In this document: positions 18,848-26,976 of the stretch, piece by piece
Numbering within the stretch: position 1 is the stretch's first letter
How the letters are laid out: every line of letters starts with the position of its first letter
Source: an uncultured Planctomycetia bacterium
GTDB taxonomy: Bacteria; Omnitrophota; Gorgyraeia; 2-02-FULL-51-18; JAGOUK01
Assembly (NCBI GenBank): GCA_964430735.1
Contig: CAYSFB010000002.1
Coordinates: forward strand, 222,027 to 286,026
Length of the DNA: 64,000 bases
Reading direction: 5' to 3'
The notes under the pieces: model-generated
What the model was told of the DNA's origin: nothing
Seen by the model: only the letters and a program-made list of their open reading frames with translations
Databases searched by the model: none
Made by a program: the position numbers and the translations under genes

Positions 18848-19480
18848 TTACGATGCCAGCTCGATCTGGAACGTGATCGAGGACAGATAATTGCCCCCCG
18901 CCTGGTCCGCAGGGACGATCTGCGTCGATCCCAGCCCGCTGTCGCTCGTCACCGCGTAGGTCATCGCCACCGGTGCATAAAGCCCTGACGGGCCGCTCTC
19001 GTACAGAACTTTTCGCGTCGAAACAAAACTTCCTCGGCTGCCGATCGTCGCGCCGGACGGATACGCGGCGCCGTTCTTGTCCACCGGCCACGGCGTCACG
19101 ACACAGGCGCCGGCAGGGATCGTCGTCGTCCCGTTGCTGAGAGCCGCGGCGGCCTGGGTCAGCCGGTAAGGCCGCTGGGACGAATTCGGGTGCAAATAAA
19201 CGTCAAAGTAATACTCGCCGCGCATAGGGCCGTTCGTGACGTCGCTTTTCAGCAGGCCGAAGGCGATCTGCGATGCGCCGTAGTTGATCACGGTTCCGTC
19301 TTTGATCTGACGAATCTCGATCCCCAGCTCCAGCTGGGACTGAATGCTGGCCGACATCGGAACCGTGACGGTATCCGCTGCCAAAACGCATGCGCTGCTG
19401 TTCAGAAATAAGCTGAAGGCAGCAATTCCGGAACAGATTAAAAAAGCTCGATTAAAAGGGGTCAACATTAGCTTCATCAT
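18848..19480 (-). CDS. SCPU/Csu-like secreted fibre subunit, type B (copy B2)
   Basis: Signal-peptide-like N-terminus. C-terminal GGNYLSSITFQIELAS. Shares the internal motifs MRGE(N/Y)YFDVYLHPNSS and TPWPV(N/D)K(D/N)G with B1. An AT-rich promoter-like region lies upstream at 19481..19612. Confidence 0.6.
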   Translation of the reverse strand: MMKLMLTPFNRAFLICSGIAAFSLFLNSSACVLAADTVTVPMSASIQSQLELGIEIRQIKDGTVINYGASQIAFGLLKSDVTNGPMRGEYYFDVYLHPNSSQRPYRLTQAAAALSNGTTTIPAGACVVTPWPVDKNGAAYPSGATIGSRGSFVSTRKVLYESGPSGLYAPVAMTYAVTSDSGLGSTQIVPADQAGGNYLSSITFQIELAS

Positions 19481-19612
19481 TCAATTTGGAGATAGGGCAT
19501 TCTACTGCTTCGCCCCAAAAATAACAAGAAAATCTATTTTCTAAATAGTCATGTTATTTGGATAAATACTAAACTCGGTCGGAGGGATATTGGGGGTCAA
19601 ACAGGCTGCGAA

Positions 19613-20998
19613 CTACGAGAGAGAAGAGAGGGAGTACGTGGTCTCGGAGGTGTACTCGCCGCCGCTGGTGTCGCGGGGAAGCGTGAGGGTGTAATCGATC
19701 ATAAAATCGTCCGAACTGCCTTCCGAATCGGAAGTAAAGATGGCGGTGTCCCCTGCCTGAACGGGCTTCACGCTCATGACGGCCATTTCGCCCGTCCGGG
19801 CGCCGCTCATCACCAGCGTGAAGTTGTCCGGCGGCAGAATGCGGCCGCTTTCGTTGGTGAAGAGGCGCGACACTCGCTGAATCACCTGGTAGCGCTGCCC
19901 CGTATTGTTGTGGGCCTGAATATGCACCCGCCGAGTCTGCGCATCCCCTTCGTTCTTGAATTTGCCGAAGTTGAGGCCGCCGGCTGATTCATGCTCCACG
20001 TCGAGATAAAACAGGGTTTCGATTTCGAGGTCCAACGGCACCGTCACCGGCACGGCGAAGTCGGCCGATGCGTCGGATTCGACAAAGAATTCGATCGTGG
20101 ACCGGTACGGCCCGGCCGTAGCGGAAGCCACTTCTTCGCCGGTCCGGTACGCCACAGTAAAGGAGGCGGCGGAACCAGCGTCATCCGATTCATAAACCAG
20201 CGTCTGAGTTGTCGACAGCGGCTGCTCCTGTGCGACCACCTGCCCGGCATCCGCACGGGAGGCCAGCGCCAGGATGCCGCCCTCATTCATAGCTTGGCCC
20301 ATGGGACCGGACAGGCGGTCCGTCAGCCGCTGATACACCCGGTAACGGCCGCCGAGTCCGGCTCCGATGCGCACTTCGAGAGCGCCCGTGCCTTCCGGCC
20401 GCTGGCGCGTGATCCGGCCGAGACTCAAGGAGGATCCGCCGTTGACATTTTTGACGTCGAGGAAAAAGTCGGGACGAACTTCGGCGGTCACCTGAAGCAC
20501 CCGCGTCACCGTGGAGGCGCCTCCGTCGACGGGCTCCATCTGATACACGAGCTCGGAGCGGTAAACGCCCGCGGCATCCGTGGGTTGGGATTCGAGCGCG
20601 AAGACGAGCGCAAATGTCTCGGCCGAACCGCCGTTGTCGGAATCGAAGATCACCGTCTGACCGGGTTCCAACGCCGTCGGAAAAATGATCCCGAGACGCC
20701 CCCCGACCGAGCTGGGGCTGAACACCTTGACCGCTCCCGGAGACAGGGTCTGGCCGCGCTCATTGAGGAAAGGGCTCATCTGCTGCTGGACGATCCGGTA
20801 GCGCCGGCCCTCGTCGTTGGCGACCGTCAGTGTCACTTCTTCGTTGCGGGTGGGCTGGCCGGGTTTGGCCGGGGTAAAACGGACATCGCGTCCCCCGCGG
20901 TCGGGAAGGACCGAAAAGTCGAACTGCGCCCATGCCGTCTGGGCAAAGCCCGCGCAGGCGCACAGCAGAAGCAGGAGGGATTTGAAAGGAAGCTTCAT
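19613..20998 (-). CDS. Secreted protein built from three tandem SCPU-like domains; candidate tip adhesin or pre-polymerised subunit
   Basis: Start at MKLPFKSLLLLLCACAGFAQTAWA after an AAGG RBS; the track ORF starts 12 codons earlier. There are three ~150-aa repeats. Each carries an RYR(I/V)(V/Y)Q motif and ends in an SCPU-like G-x-Y-x-S motif (AGVYRSELVYQME, AGPYRSTIEFFVE, GGEYTSETTYSLS). Confidence 0.55.
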   Translation of the reverse strand: MKLPFKSLLLLLCACAGFAQTAWAQFDFSVLPDRGGRDVRFTPAKPGQPTRNEEVTLTVANDEGRRYRIVQQQMSPFLNERGQTLSPGAVKVFSPSSVGGRLGIIFPTALEPGQTVIFDSDNGGSAETFALVFALESQPTDAAGVYRSELVYQMEPVDGGASTVTRVLQVTAEVRPDFFLDVKNVNGGSSLSLGRITRQRPEGTGALEVRIGAGLGGRYRVYQRLTDRLSGPMGQAMNEGGILALASRADAGQVVAQEQPLSTTQTLVYESDDAGSAASFTVAYRTGEEVASATAGPYRSTIEFFVESDASADFAVPVTVPLDLEIETLFYLDVEHESAGGLNFGKFKNEGDAQTRRVHIQAHNNTGQRYQVIQRVSRLFTNESGRILPPDNFTLVMSGARTGEMAVMSVKPVQAGDTAIFTSDSEGSSDDFMIDYTLTLPRDTSGGEYTSETTYSLSSLS

Positions 20999-21041
20999 GA
21001 CTACAACCTTACCTTGTAAAAGGCCGGCTTGCAAGGGAGGA

Positions 21042-23897
21042 CTAGAATTCTCCGTCGAGGCTGAAGCGGAACAGATGCTCCGTGTCGACCGTGGGAAGCG
21101 AGAAGGTAGTGACGGAATAGGCGGACACCGGAAGCGCGTCGGAGCCTTCGTAGAAGGTCTGGCCGAACACGCCGTACTCCATGGTCAGACGCGTGTTGGT
21201 GTTGATCCGATAACGCAGACGCGTGTAAATGTTGTGGTTGTCCTCGAATTCAAGCTCGGTGTAACCGGACGCGATCAGCTTGGGGATATCCCCCAGATGG
21301 CTGTGGGTGTAATCGAAGAAAGCCGACCACCGGTCGTCGATCTGCCAATCGATGCTGATTCCCTGATGTTCGACGTTATCGTCGATCGGACCCCAGAGCG
21401 TGTACGTGTTCTGCGCCGCGTGGAAGATGAACTGCAGGTCTTCGGTATGGCGGTACGTGATGCGCTCCTTGACGATCGAGAAGTAGTCGTAGGGAGGCAG
21501 GTCAAAAATGTCCTGACGGTACAAAAACGCCTGGTTGCGGTACAGCCACCAGCTGGGCGTGTTCGGGTCCTGGAACATCGTGGTCGCGTACACGTTGTTG
21601 AGCAGGCCGCGCGGAAAGTCCGGAATGTCATTGGTGTATTCGAAGGTTCCGGAGAGCGTCCACTGATGGGTCGGCTCCCACTGGAGCCCCTGGCCGAAGG
21701 AACGGCGGTTCGCGTTGAGACCCGGATCGATCATGCTGTTCTCGTAGTAGATCCCCTCCTTGAGCGCAGGGTCGTTCAGCGCCGGCGAGTTGAAGCCGGA
21801 GATAAAAGGCTCGCGGTCGCTGAGCGTCTTGGGAAGGATGTGGAAACGCATGAAGTTCTTGAACGTCCAGTCCTGCGCGAACTTCCAAGTGGTCTCGTCG
21901 CGGATGACGTTTTCGATGAAGCTGTTGGAATCGGTGTCGCGGACGTGGCGCAAGTCGAACAGGTTGTCCACGCCTTTGTCCGGGCTCGACGTCGCCAGAT
22001 TCAACCGCGCGACATAACGGCCGTAATCGACGCCGGTTCCGATCTTAAACGGTTCGACGTCGGGCGGAATCTTCGCCCAGGTGATGTGCGTCCCCCAGAA
22101 TTCGTCGTCCCGGAGCGAAGTGTAATTGGACAGCGTTTCTTTGAACTCCGTGTCCACCCACGTGAAGTCGCCGTTGACACGGGTGATGCCGGATTTGGAA
22201 TCGCCGACGTGCGAAACGAATCCGCCCACATAAGCCTGGCCTTCGTAAGCCGTCTGGAACGAGCTCAAGCGGTCGAGGTCGTCGCGCGAACCGGCCATCT
22301 GGCCGTACATGTAATCGGTTTCGTTGGTGTAATACTTGGTGTCGATCGAAATCACCTGGTTGTACGCGTCCGGTTCCCGGTCGATCAATCCCACCCGGTA
22401 GGTGTAGGTCGATCCGAGCATCCACTGCTCGGTGACCTGATGCTTCAGCCGCACCACGCCCGGAATGTTATCGAATTCCTGATAATCGTCCCACAGGCCG
22501 TACCGGGACGCGATCATCATTCCCAGATAAGTTCTGCCGAAATCGGCTTCGACCGCACCGCCGCGGAGCAGCGTCAGGTAATTGCCCTCGGAATCCTTGG
22601 CATAAAACGCTTCTTCGTCGCTGTAATAGCCGCGGCGGATCACCGGAGACCGGGCGATCGGCACGCCGATCGGGTTGAACTTTTGAAGCGGCTCCCACTG
22701 TTCCAACCACGCCGAGTGCTCCCAGAAGTCTTTGCGGTTCGACAGCTGCAGCGGATCGTCCGTCGTCATCACCTGGTTCTGATCCGCCAGCGCGAAGAGC
22801 CGCACATGCCAGATGTCGCCCTCGTGATCCCACCAGGCCTTGCGCAGCGGACGGAACTCGTAGTCGATATCCTGGGCCGGCACGTTGTACGTGTTGAAGT
22901 TGCTGCCGATCCCGAACGCGTCGTAAATACCGTGGACGGTGTAGGGCTGAGTGGCGCCGTTTTCGGCCTCGAGCTCCGGCGTCGCCATGGAATTACCGGC
23001 ACGGCTCTTGACGATCGTGGGGATCGTGGAGTTGTTGGGGCCCCAGTATTTCTGTTTGATGCGGAAGGAATCGGCTCCGCCGACGCTGGGGACTTCGATT
23101 TCGCTGGTCTGACCCACATACGACCAGGGATCGGCGACGATCTGGACAAAAACGGAATCCTGCTTCGTCACCTGCGAGTCGATGTCGAGACGGTACTGGC
23201 TGTAAATCGCCGGATCGAAGGTGTTGTACTGGCGGTCGCCGAACAGGTAGTGGAAGTCGCGGTCCTGAAGGTCGGAGTTGGAATCGTTGAGCGAAAAGTT
23301 CCGGTTGCGGCCCGCGCCGAACGCCGCGCGGTAAGTTCCCGAAACGCGCGTGCGGGAAGCGATTTCGCGGTCGATCGCGTCCATGTCTTCATAGTTCTGG
23401 TCGATCACTTGCTTGGGATCGGGCGCAGGCACGGCGGCGGCAGGCTTGGCGGCGACAGGATTGACTGCGGCCGGCCTGACTGCGGCCGGGGCCTGGACGT
23501 TGCGGACCGGAGCGGATTCCGTCGCCGGACTCTTGGCCGGCGTTATATTAGAGGAGGAGGTGGCGGCTGTCGACTTGGGCGCAACCGCGGGCGATGCTGA
23601 TTTGACCGAAACCGGCGTACCTTGGCTTGCAGCCGGCGCGGAAGCGGTTACCGCGGGCTTGCCAGGCTGTGCCGCGGTGTGTTCGGGCTTCCAAAATGCG
23701 GCTTCACGCGCGCGCTTGAGATGATCCTGAATTTTGGAATCGAGGTCGTTGAGCTCTTTATCGAATTCTTCGAACTCGGCGTTGGATTGAGCCGCTGAGA
23801 CGGGAGCGGCACCGACTGCCTGCCACAGGAAACAGGCCGCCAGCAAGAAGCTGAAAGATTTGAGCGGACGAATGGAAAAAGAAGTTCCGGAGTTCAT
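21042..23897 (-). CDS. Large outer-membrane beta-barrel protein, ~951 aa, with an N-terminal coiled coil and an Ala/Pro/Ser-rich linker
   Basis: Start chosen at MNSGTSFSIRPLKSFSFLLAACFLWQAVGAAPVSAAQS (signal peptide). The track's 23941..24071 extension would overlap the upstream gene. The C-terminus ...FRFSLDGEF ends in Phe, as outer-membrane barrels usually do. The protein is rich in aromatic/Gly beta-strand patterns. Confidence 0.55.
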   Translation of the reverse strand: MNSGTSFSIRPLKSFSFLLAACFLWQAVGAAPVSAAQSNAEFEEFDKELNDLDSKIQDHLKRAREAAFWKPEHTAAQPGKPAVTASAPAASQGTPVSVKSASPAVAPKSTAATSSSNITPAKSPATESAPVRNVQAPAAVRPAAVNPVAAKPAAAVPAPDPKQVIDQNYEDMDAIDREIASRTRVSGTYRAAFGAGRNRNFSLNDSNSDLQDRDFHYLFGDRQYNTFDPAIYSQYRLDIDSQVTKQDSVFVQIVADPWSYVGQTSEIEVPSVGGADSFRIKQKYWGPNNSTIPTIVKSRAGNSMATPELEAENGATQPYTVHGIYDAFGIGSNFNTYNVPAQDIDYEFRPLRKAWWDHEGDIWHVRLFALADQNQVMTTDDPLQLSNRKDFWEHSAWLEQWEPLQKFNPIGVPIARSPVIRRGYYSDEEAFYAKDSEGNYLTLLRGGAVEADFGRTYLGMMIASRYGLWDDYQEFDNIPGVVRLKHQVTEQWMLGSTYTYRVGLIDREPDAYNQVISIDTKYYTNETDYMYGQMAGSRDDLDRLSSFQTAYEGQAYVGGFVSHVGDSKSGITRVNGDFTWVDTEFKETLSNYTSLRDDEFWGTHITWAKIPPDVEPFKIGTGVDYGRYVARLNLATSSPDKGVDNLFDLRHVRDTDSNSFIENVIRDETTWKFAQDWTFKNFMRFHILPKTLSDREPFISGFNSPALNDPALKEGIYYENSMIDPGLNANRRSFGQGLQWEPTHQWTLSGTFEYTNDIPDFPRGLLNNVYATTMFQDPNTPSWWLYRNQAFLYRQDIFDLPPYDYFSIVKERITYRHTEDLQFIFHAAQNTYTLWGPIDDNVEHQGISIDWQIDDRWSAFFDYTHSHLGDIPKLIASGYTELEFEDNHNIYTRLRYRINTNTRLTMEYGVFGQTFYEGSDALPVSAYSVTTFSLPTVDTEHLFRFSLDGEF

Positions 23898-23940
23898 GGA
23901 TATTGAGAATTTTACAACAGTGTTCGGAATAATGCGATAA

Positions 23941-25890
23941 CTATCTATCGTCAAAAGGGTTAAAACCCTTCCACGCAAAAATGCCGTACGCCGTGCCCGC
24001 GACGGAACCGGTGCGGTTGCCGGCCGGCGTACGCCAGCCGTGGCCCGTTTCGACGTCTCCGGCAGTGGCATATGGCAGACATCCGCGGCCCTGGCCGACG
24101 CGCGACAGGCTCGAGATGATCATTTTTTGCAATTCGTTGAGATAGAAGTTGATTTTGTCCCGGTAATACGCCGCTTTTTCCGCGTTGCCCGCCGCTTCAA
24201 AATATTTTTCCAGAATCCGGAACGTGACGACGGCCTGCGCCGTCCACTCGGACGACACGACGCCGCCGCGGCCCTGGTTCTGCGGCTTGGCGAAGTCGAA
24301 TCCCGTGACGCGCACCGAGCGTCCGTCAGGCCGGTCAAAGTTGACCTCGACGCGGCAATGCTCTTCCGCGAATTCCATGATCCCTTCCGGGTCGAACTGC
24401 GCTTCGGCCAGCCGCGCCGGGCCGATCGCAGCGATCGACCAGCTGAACGTGTCAGTCGCAATGGTTGCGTCCCCTTTACCGCGCTTGAACGCGCCGCTCG
24501 TGCGGTCGGCCGCATGCTTCATCAGCCACGCGAACAATTCCTCCTGCGCCTTGAGATAACGCGCGTCCTGCGTGAGCCGGTGCAGCATCCCGAAAAACGC
24601 GTACGCGTCCAGGTTGTGCTCGGTGCTGAACCACTCGGTCTTCGGCCCGCCGCGCAGTCCGCGCTCCGGGTCGCGCGCCTGCAGCTCAAGCAGCCAATTC
24701 CCGATCGACTGCGCCAAGCCCTGAAACGCGGTGTCGCCCGTCATCCGCTGGTATTGCAGAGCGGCGATGCCGATCCAGACGTTGGGACCGACGTGCACAT
24801 TCCACTCGACCGGCTCGCCCGAGGGAGCGTCGTACGACGAGATATAAGCTCCCTCGGATTTCTTGGCGCGATCCCGGTAAAACGTCAGAATGCGACGCGC
24901 GTTGTCATTTTTTTGAAAAAGTGTGAACGCGATCGCCGCGACGGCCTGGTCATAGGTGTACGCGATCCCCTCGAGCTTCGGATCCCCTTCGTAGCTGGGC
25001 AAAAGACCTGTCTGCGTGTTCGCGTGGCGCTCAAGCCAGGAAACAAGCTGGGTGAGAACGGCTTCCTCTTTAAGACCCGAGGATTCGGACGCGGAATGGA
25101 GCGTGACGCGTCGGTCGGCGCTTTCTTTCTGGATCAGCGTGAGCTGGTTGCGCAGATCACTCTCGCGCTTGAGCGCCGCTTCGAGTTCCTGGTGAAAAAA
25201 TTCCGCCTGGTCTTCCGTCACGCCCTCCGCCGACATCGCCTGCGTGCTGCGCGCCTGCTGTTCCTTGGCCGCCTTGAGATCGAGCGCGAGTTTGCGCTGG
25301 CGCGACGCCATTTCTTCGAGCCCGCGGATGAGATCGTCGCGCCCTTCGGCCGACGTGACGATCGAAGAGACGAGGCGGCGGTTTTCCATCAGCAGATGAA
25401 TCTGGTTGAACGCCTGTCCGACGACGACCGCGCACAGGAACAGCACCGTGCCGATGAAAAACCGCGGGATGAAGCGGCGGATGCGCGCGTAACGAAAGAT
25501 TTTTTGGGCGACCCAGGATTCGGCGGTTTCGTACTGGACGCCGACCAGGTGGACGGAGCGGCCGTCTTCGTCTTTGCGGGAGAGCCATGCGACATGCGAA
25601 GTGACGGCGATGGGTTTGGGCCGGAACGGGGCGTGAACCAGGAGATCGAGCGTTGCCTGCCGCGATTCGAGGTCGGCGGCTTCGGTCGGCGGAAGCGAAC
25701 GGAATTCGAGCATCATGCCGCCAAGACTGACGTTGCGCGTAAAGCCCTGAAGCGAAACGGACGGCGCGGACTGACGGGGATGCCGGAGAACCATCTCGAC
25801 GGGAAAAACGGTGTCCATCCGGACATACCGGCGGCGCTCGGGTCCGGAGGCGTTGGGGTCGATCGCGCGCGGCTCGTCGGAGGTCGGCAT
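23941..25890 (-). CDS. PilZ-domain (c-di-GMP receptor) protein fused through one TM helix and a coiled coil to an (alpha/alpha)6 glycoside-hydrolase-like periplasmic domain
   Basis: PilZ motifs RRYVRMDT and NVSLGGMMLEF (RxxxR ... D/NxSxGG). TM helix FFIGTVLFLCAVVVGQAF. Coiled coil at residues ~180-260. The C-terminal 380 aa have a six-hairpin glycosidase-like pattern (GIAYTYDQAVAAIAF, WIGIAALQY, NLDAYAFFGM). The exact GH family is unresolved. Confidence 0.6.
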   Translation of the reverse strand: MPTSDEPRAIDPNASGPERRRYVRMDTVFPVEMVLRHPRQSAPSVSLQGFTRNVSLGGMMLEFRSLPPTEAADLESRQATLDLLVHAPFRPKPIAVTSHVAWLSRKDEDGRSVHLVGVQYETAESWVAQKIFRYARIRRFIPRFFIGTVLFLCAVVVGQAFNQIHLLMENRRLVSSIVTSAEGRDDLIRGLEEMASRQRKLALDLKAAKEQQARSTQAMSAEGVTEDQAEFFHQELEAALKRESDLRNQLTLIQKESADRRVTLHSASESSGLKEEAVLTQLVSWLERHANTQTGLLPSYEGDPKLEGIAYTYDQAVAAIAFTLFQKNDNARRILTFYRDRAKKSEGAYISSYDAPSGEPVEWNVHVGPNVWIGIAALQYQRMTGDTAFQGLAQSIGNWLLELQARDPERGLRGGPKTEWFSTEHNLDAYAFFGMLHRLTQDARYLKAQEELFAWLMKHAADRTSGAFKRGKGDATIATDTFSWSIAAIGPARLAEAQFDPEGIMEFAEEHCRVEVNFDRPDGRSVRVTGFDFAKPQNQGRGGVVSSEWTAQAVVTFRILEKYFEAAGNAEKAAYYRDKINFYLNELQKMIISSLSRVGQGRGCLPYATAGDVETGHGWRTPAGNRTGSVAGTAYGIFAWKGFNPFDDR

Positions 25891-25906
25891 GCGTTTATCT
25901 TAACAT

Positions 25907-25924
25907 TGGTATAATGCGGCCATG
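25907..25924 (+). promoter_or_regulatory. Extended -10 promoter (TGgTATAAT) only 6 nt upstream of the ATG of the DUF481 gene; predicted leaderless mRNA
   Basis: ttGGTATAATgcggccATG. There is no Shine-Dalgarno sequence. The spacing from the -10 element to the ATG fits a transcription start at or next to the start codon. Confidence 0.4.
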
Positions 25925-26905
25925 CAAATCATTTTGATCCAAAAAATCCGCCGCGCGGCGCTGGCGGCGGCATGCTCCGCACTCCTCTGTTCCGGAGCGG
26001 ACGCGGACGAGATTTTTCTTCAAAACGGTGATCGGATCACCGGCGAAGTGGTCGAAGCGACCGACACGACGGTGACGCTCCGGACCGAAAGCCTGGGGAC
26101 CGTGGTGATCGACCGGGCTTTTGTCCGCGAAGAGCTGCCGGCCGCGGAACACGAGATCCCCGACCCGCCGGCGGACCCCGCTCCCGAACCGGAACCTCCC
26201 GCTCCCGCCGCACCGTCAGCCGAGACGCCCGAAGTCGTCGTCGAAAAGCCCTGGCACGGCAGCGTGTCCGCGGGCATCAACGCGCGCAAGGGCAACACGT
26301 CCAGCGAATCCGCGTCGGGCCGCTTCAACCTGAGTCGCCGCAAAGGGCCGGACGAGCTTTTTCTCAACGGTGACACTTACTTCGCGTCGTCCGAGCGCCG
26401 GATGACCGCGCTCAAGATGCTGGGCGGCGTGCGGTATGACCACTATTTTGAACCGGGCAACCGCGGCTGGTACGGGCTGGGCCGGTTCGAAGCGGACCAG
26501 GACCGCTTCGCGGACATCAACCAGCGTCTCATTCCGGGCGTGGGGCCGGGCTACGCTTTTTTCAACAGCGAGGACTTCAAGATCAAGTTCGAGACGGCGG
26601 CGGGTTTTTCGCAGACCAATTTCCGCGACACGACGGACAACCGGTTCGAGGCGATCCTGATCCCGCGGTTTTTCTTCGAATCCCGGATCTACGGCCAGTC
26701 GCGGTTCACGCAGGACGTGAACGTCTATGCGCCGCTCAACGAGGCCAACGGCTACCGCGTCCGGTCCGAAAGCACCGTGGAGGCGCCGTTCTTCGACCGG
26801 CTCAAGATACGCCTCTCGCTCATCGACGACTACAATTCCAACCCCTCCGCCGGCGCCGAAAAAAACGACATCCGCCTCATCTCCTCCGTCGCCTACTACC
26901 TCTAG
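25922..26905 (+). CDS. DUF481-family (YdiY-like) outer-membrane beta-barrel protein
   Basis: Signal peptide; Pro-rich linker PDPPADPAPEPEPPAPAAP; an acidic/aromatic beta-strand-rich C-terminal 230 aa typical of DUF481. Confidence 0.55.
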   Translation: MQIILIQKIRRAALAAACSALLCSGADADEIFLQNGDRITGEVVEATDTTVTLRTESLGTVVIDRAFVREELPAAEHEIPDPPADPAPEPEPPAPAAPSAETPEVVVEKPWHGSVSAGINARKGNTSSESASGRFNLSRRKGPDELFLNGDTYFASSERRMTALKMLGGVRYDHYFEPGNRGWYGLGRFEADQDRFADINQRLIPGVGPGYAFFNSEDFKIKFETAAGFSQTNFRDTTDNRFEAILIPRFFFESRIYGQSRFTQDVNVYAPLNEANGYRVRSESTVEAPFFDRLKIRLSLIDDYNSNPSAGAEKNDIRLISSVAYYL

Positions 26906-26958
26906 AATAAATAGGGACACGTACTATTTAAATTAAATAGTACGTGTCCCTATTTATT
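26906..26958. terminator. 53-nt perfect AT-rich palindrome (26-bp arms) starting right after the DUF481 stop codon; bidirectional terminator and/or operator
   Basis: AATAAATAGGGACACGTACTATTTAA-A-TTAAATAGTACGTGTCCCTATTTATT. Every position pairs. It is followed by TATAAT at 26963-26968 and the helicase ATG at 26974. Confidence 0.5.
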
Positions 26959-26962
26959 TGGC

Positions 26963-26976
26963 TATAATTTTGCATG
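26963..26976 (+). promoter_or_regulatory. -10 element TATAAT 5 nt upstream of the helicase ATG; predicted leaderless start
   Basis: ggcTATAATtttgcATG with no Shine-Dalgarno sequence. Confidence 0.4.

Noticed and set aside
23898-24071. Upstream extension of the large OMP ORF to 24071
   Set aside because: It would overlap the 3' end of the PilZ-GH gene by 130 nt. The internal Met at 23897 begins a typical signal peptide.
24040-25914. 624-aa plus-strand ORF
   Set aside because: It is antisense to the PilZ-GH gene. It is Arg/Ala-rich with no signal or motifs.
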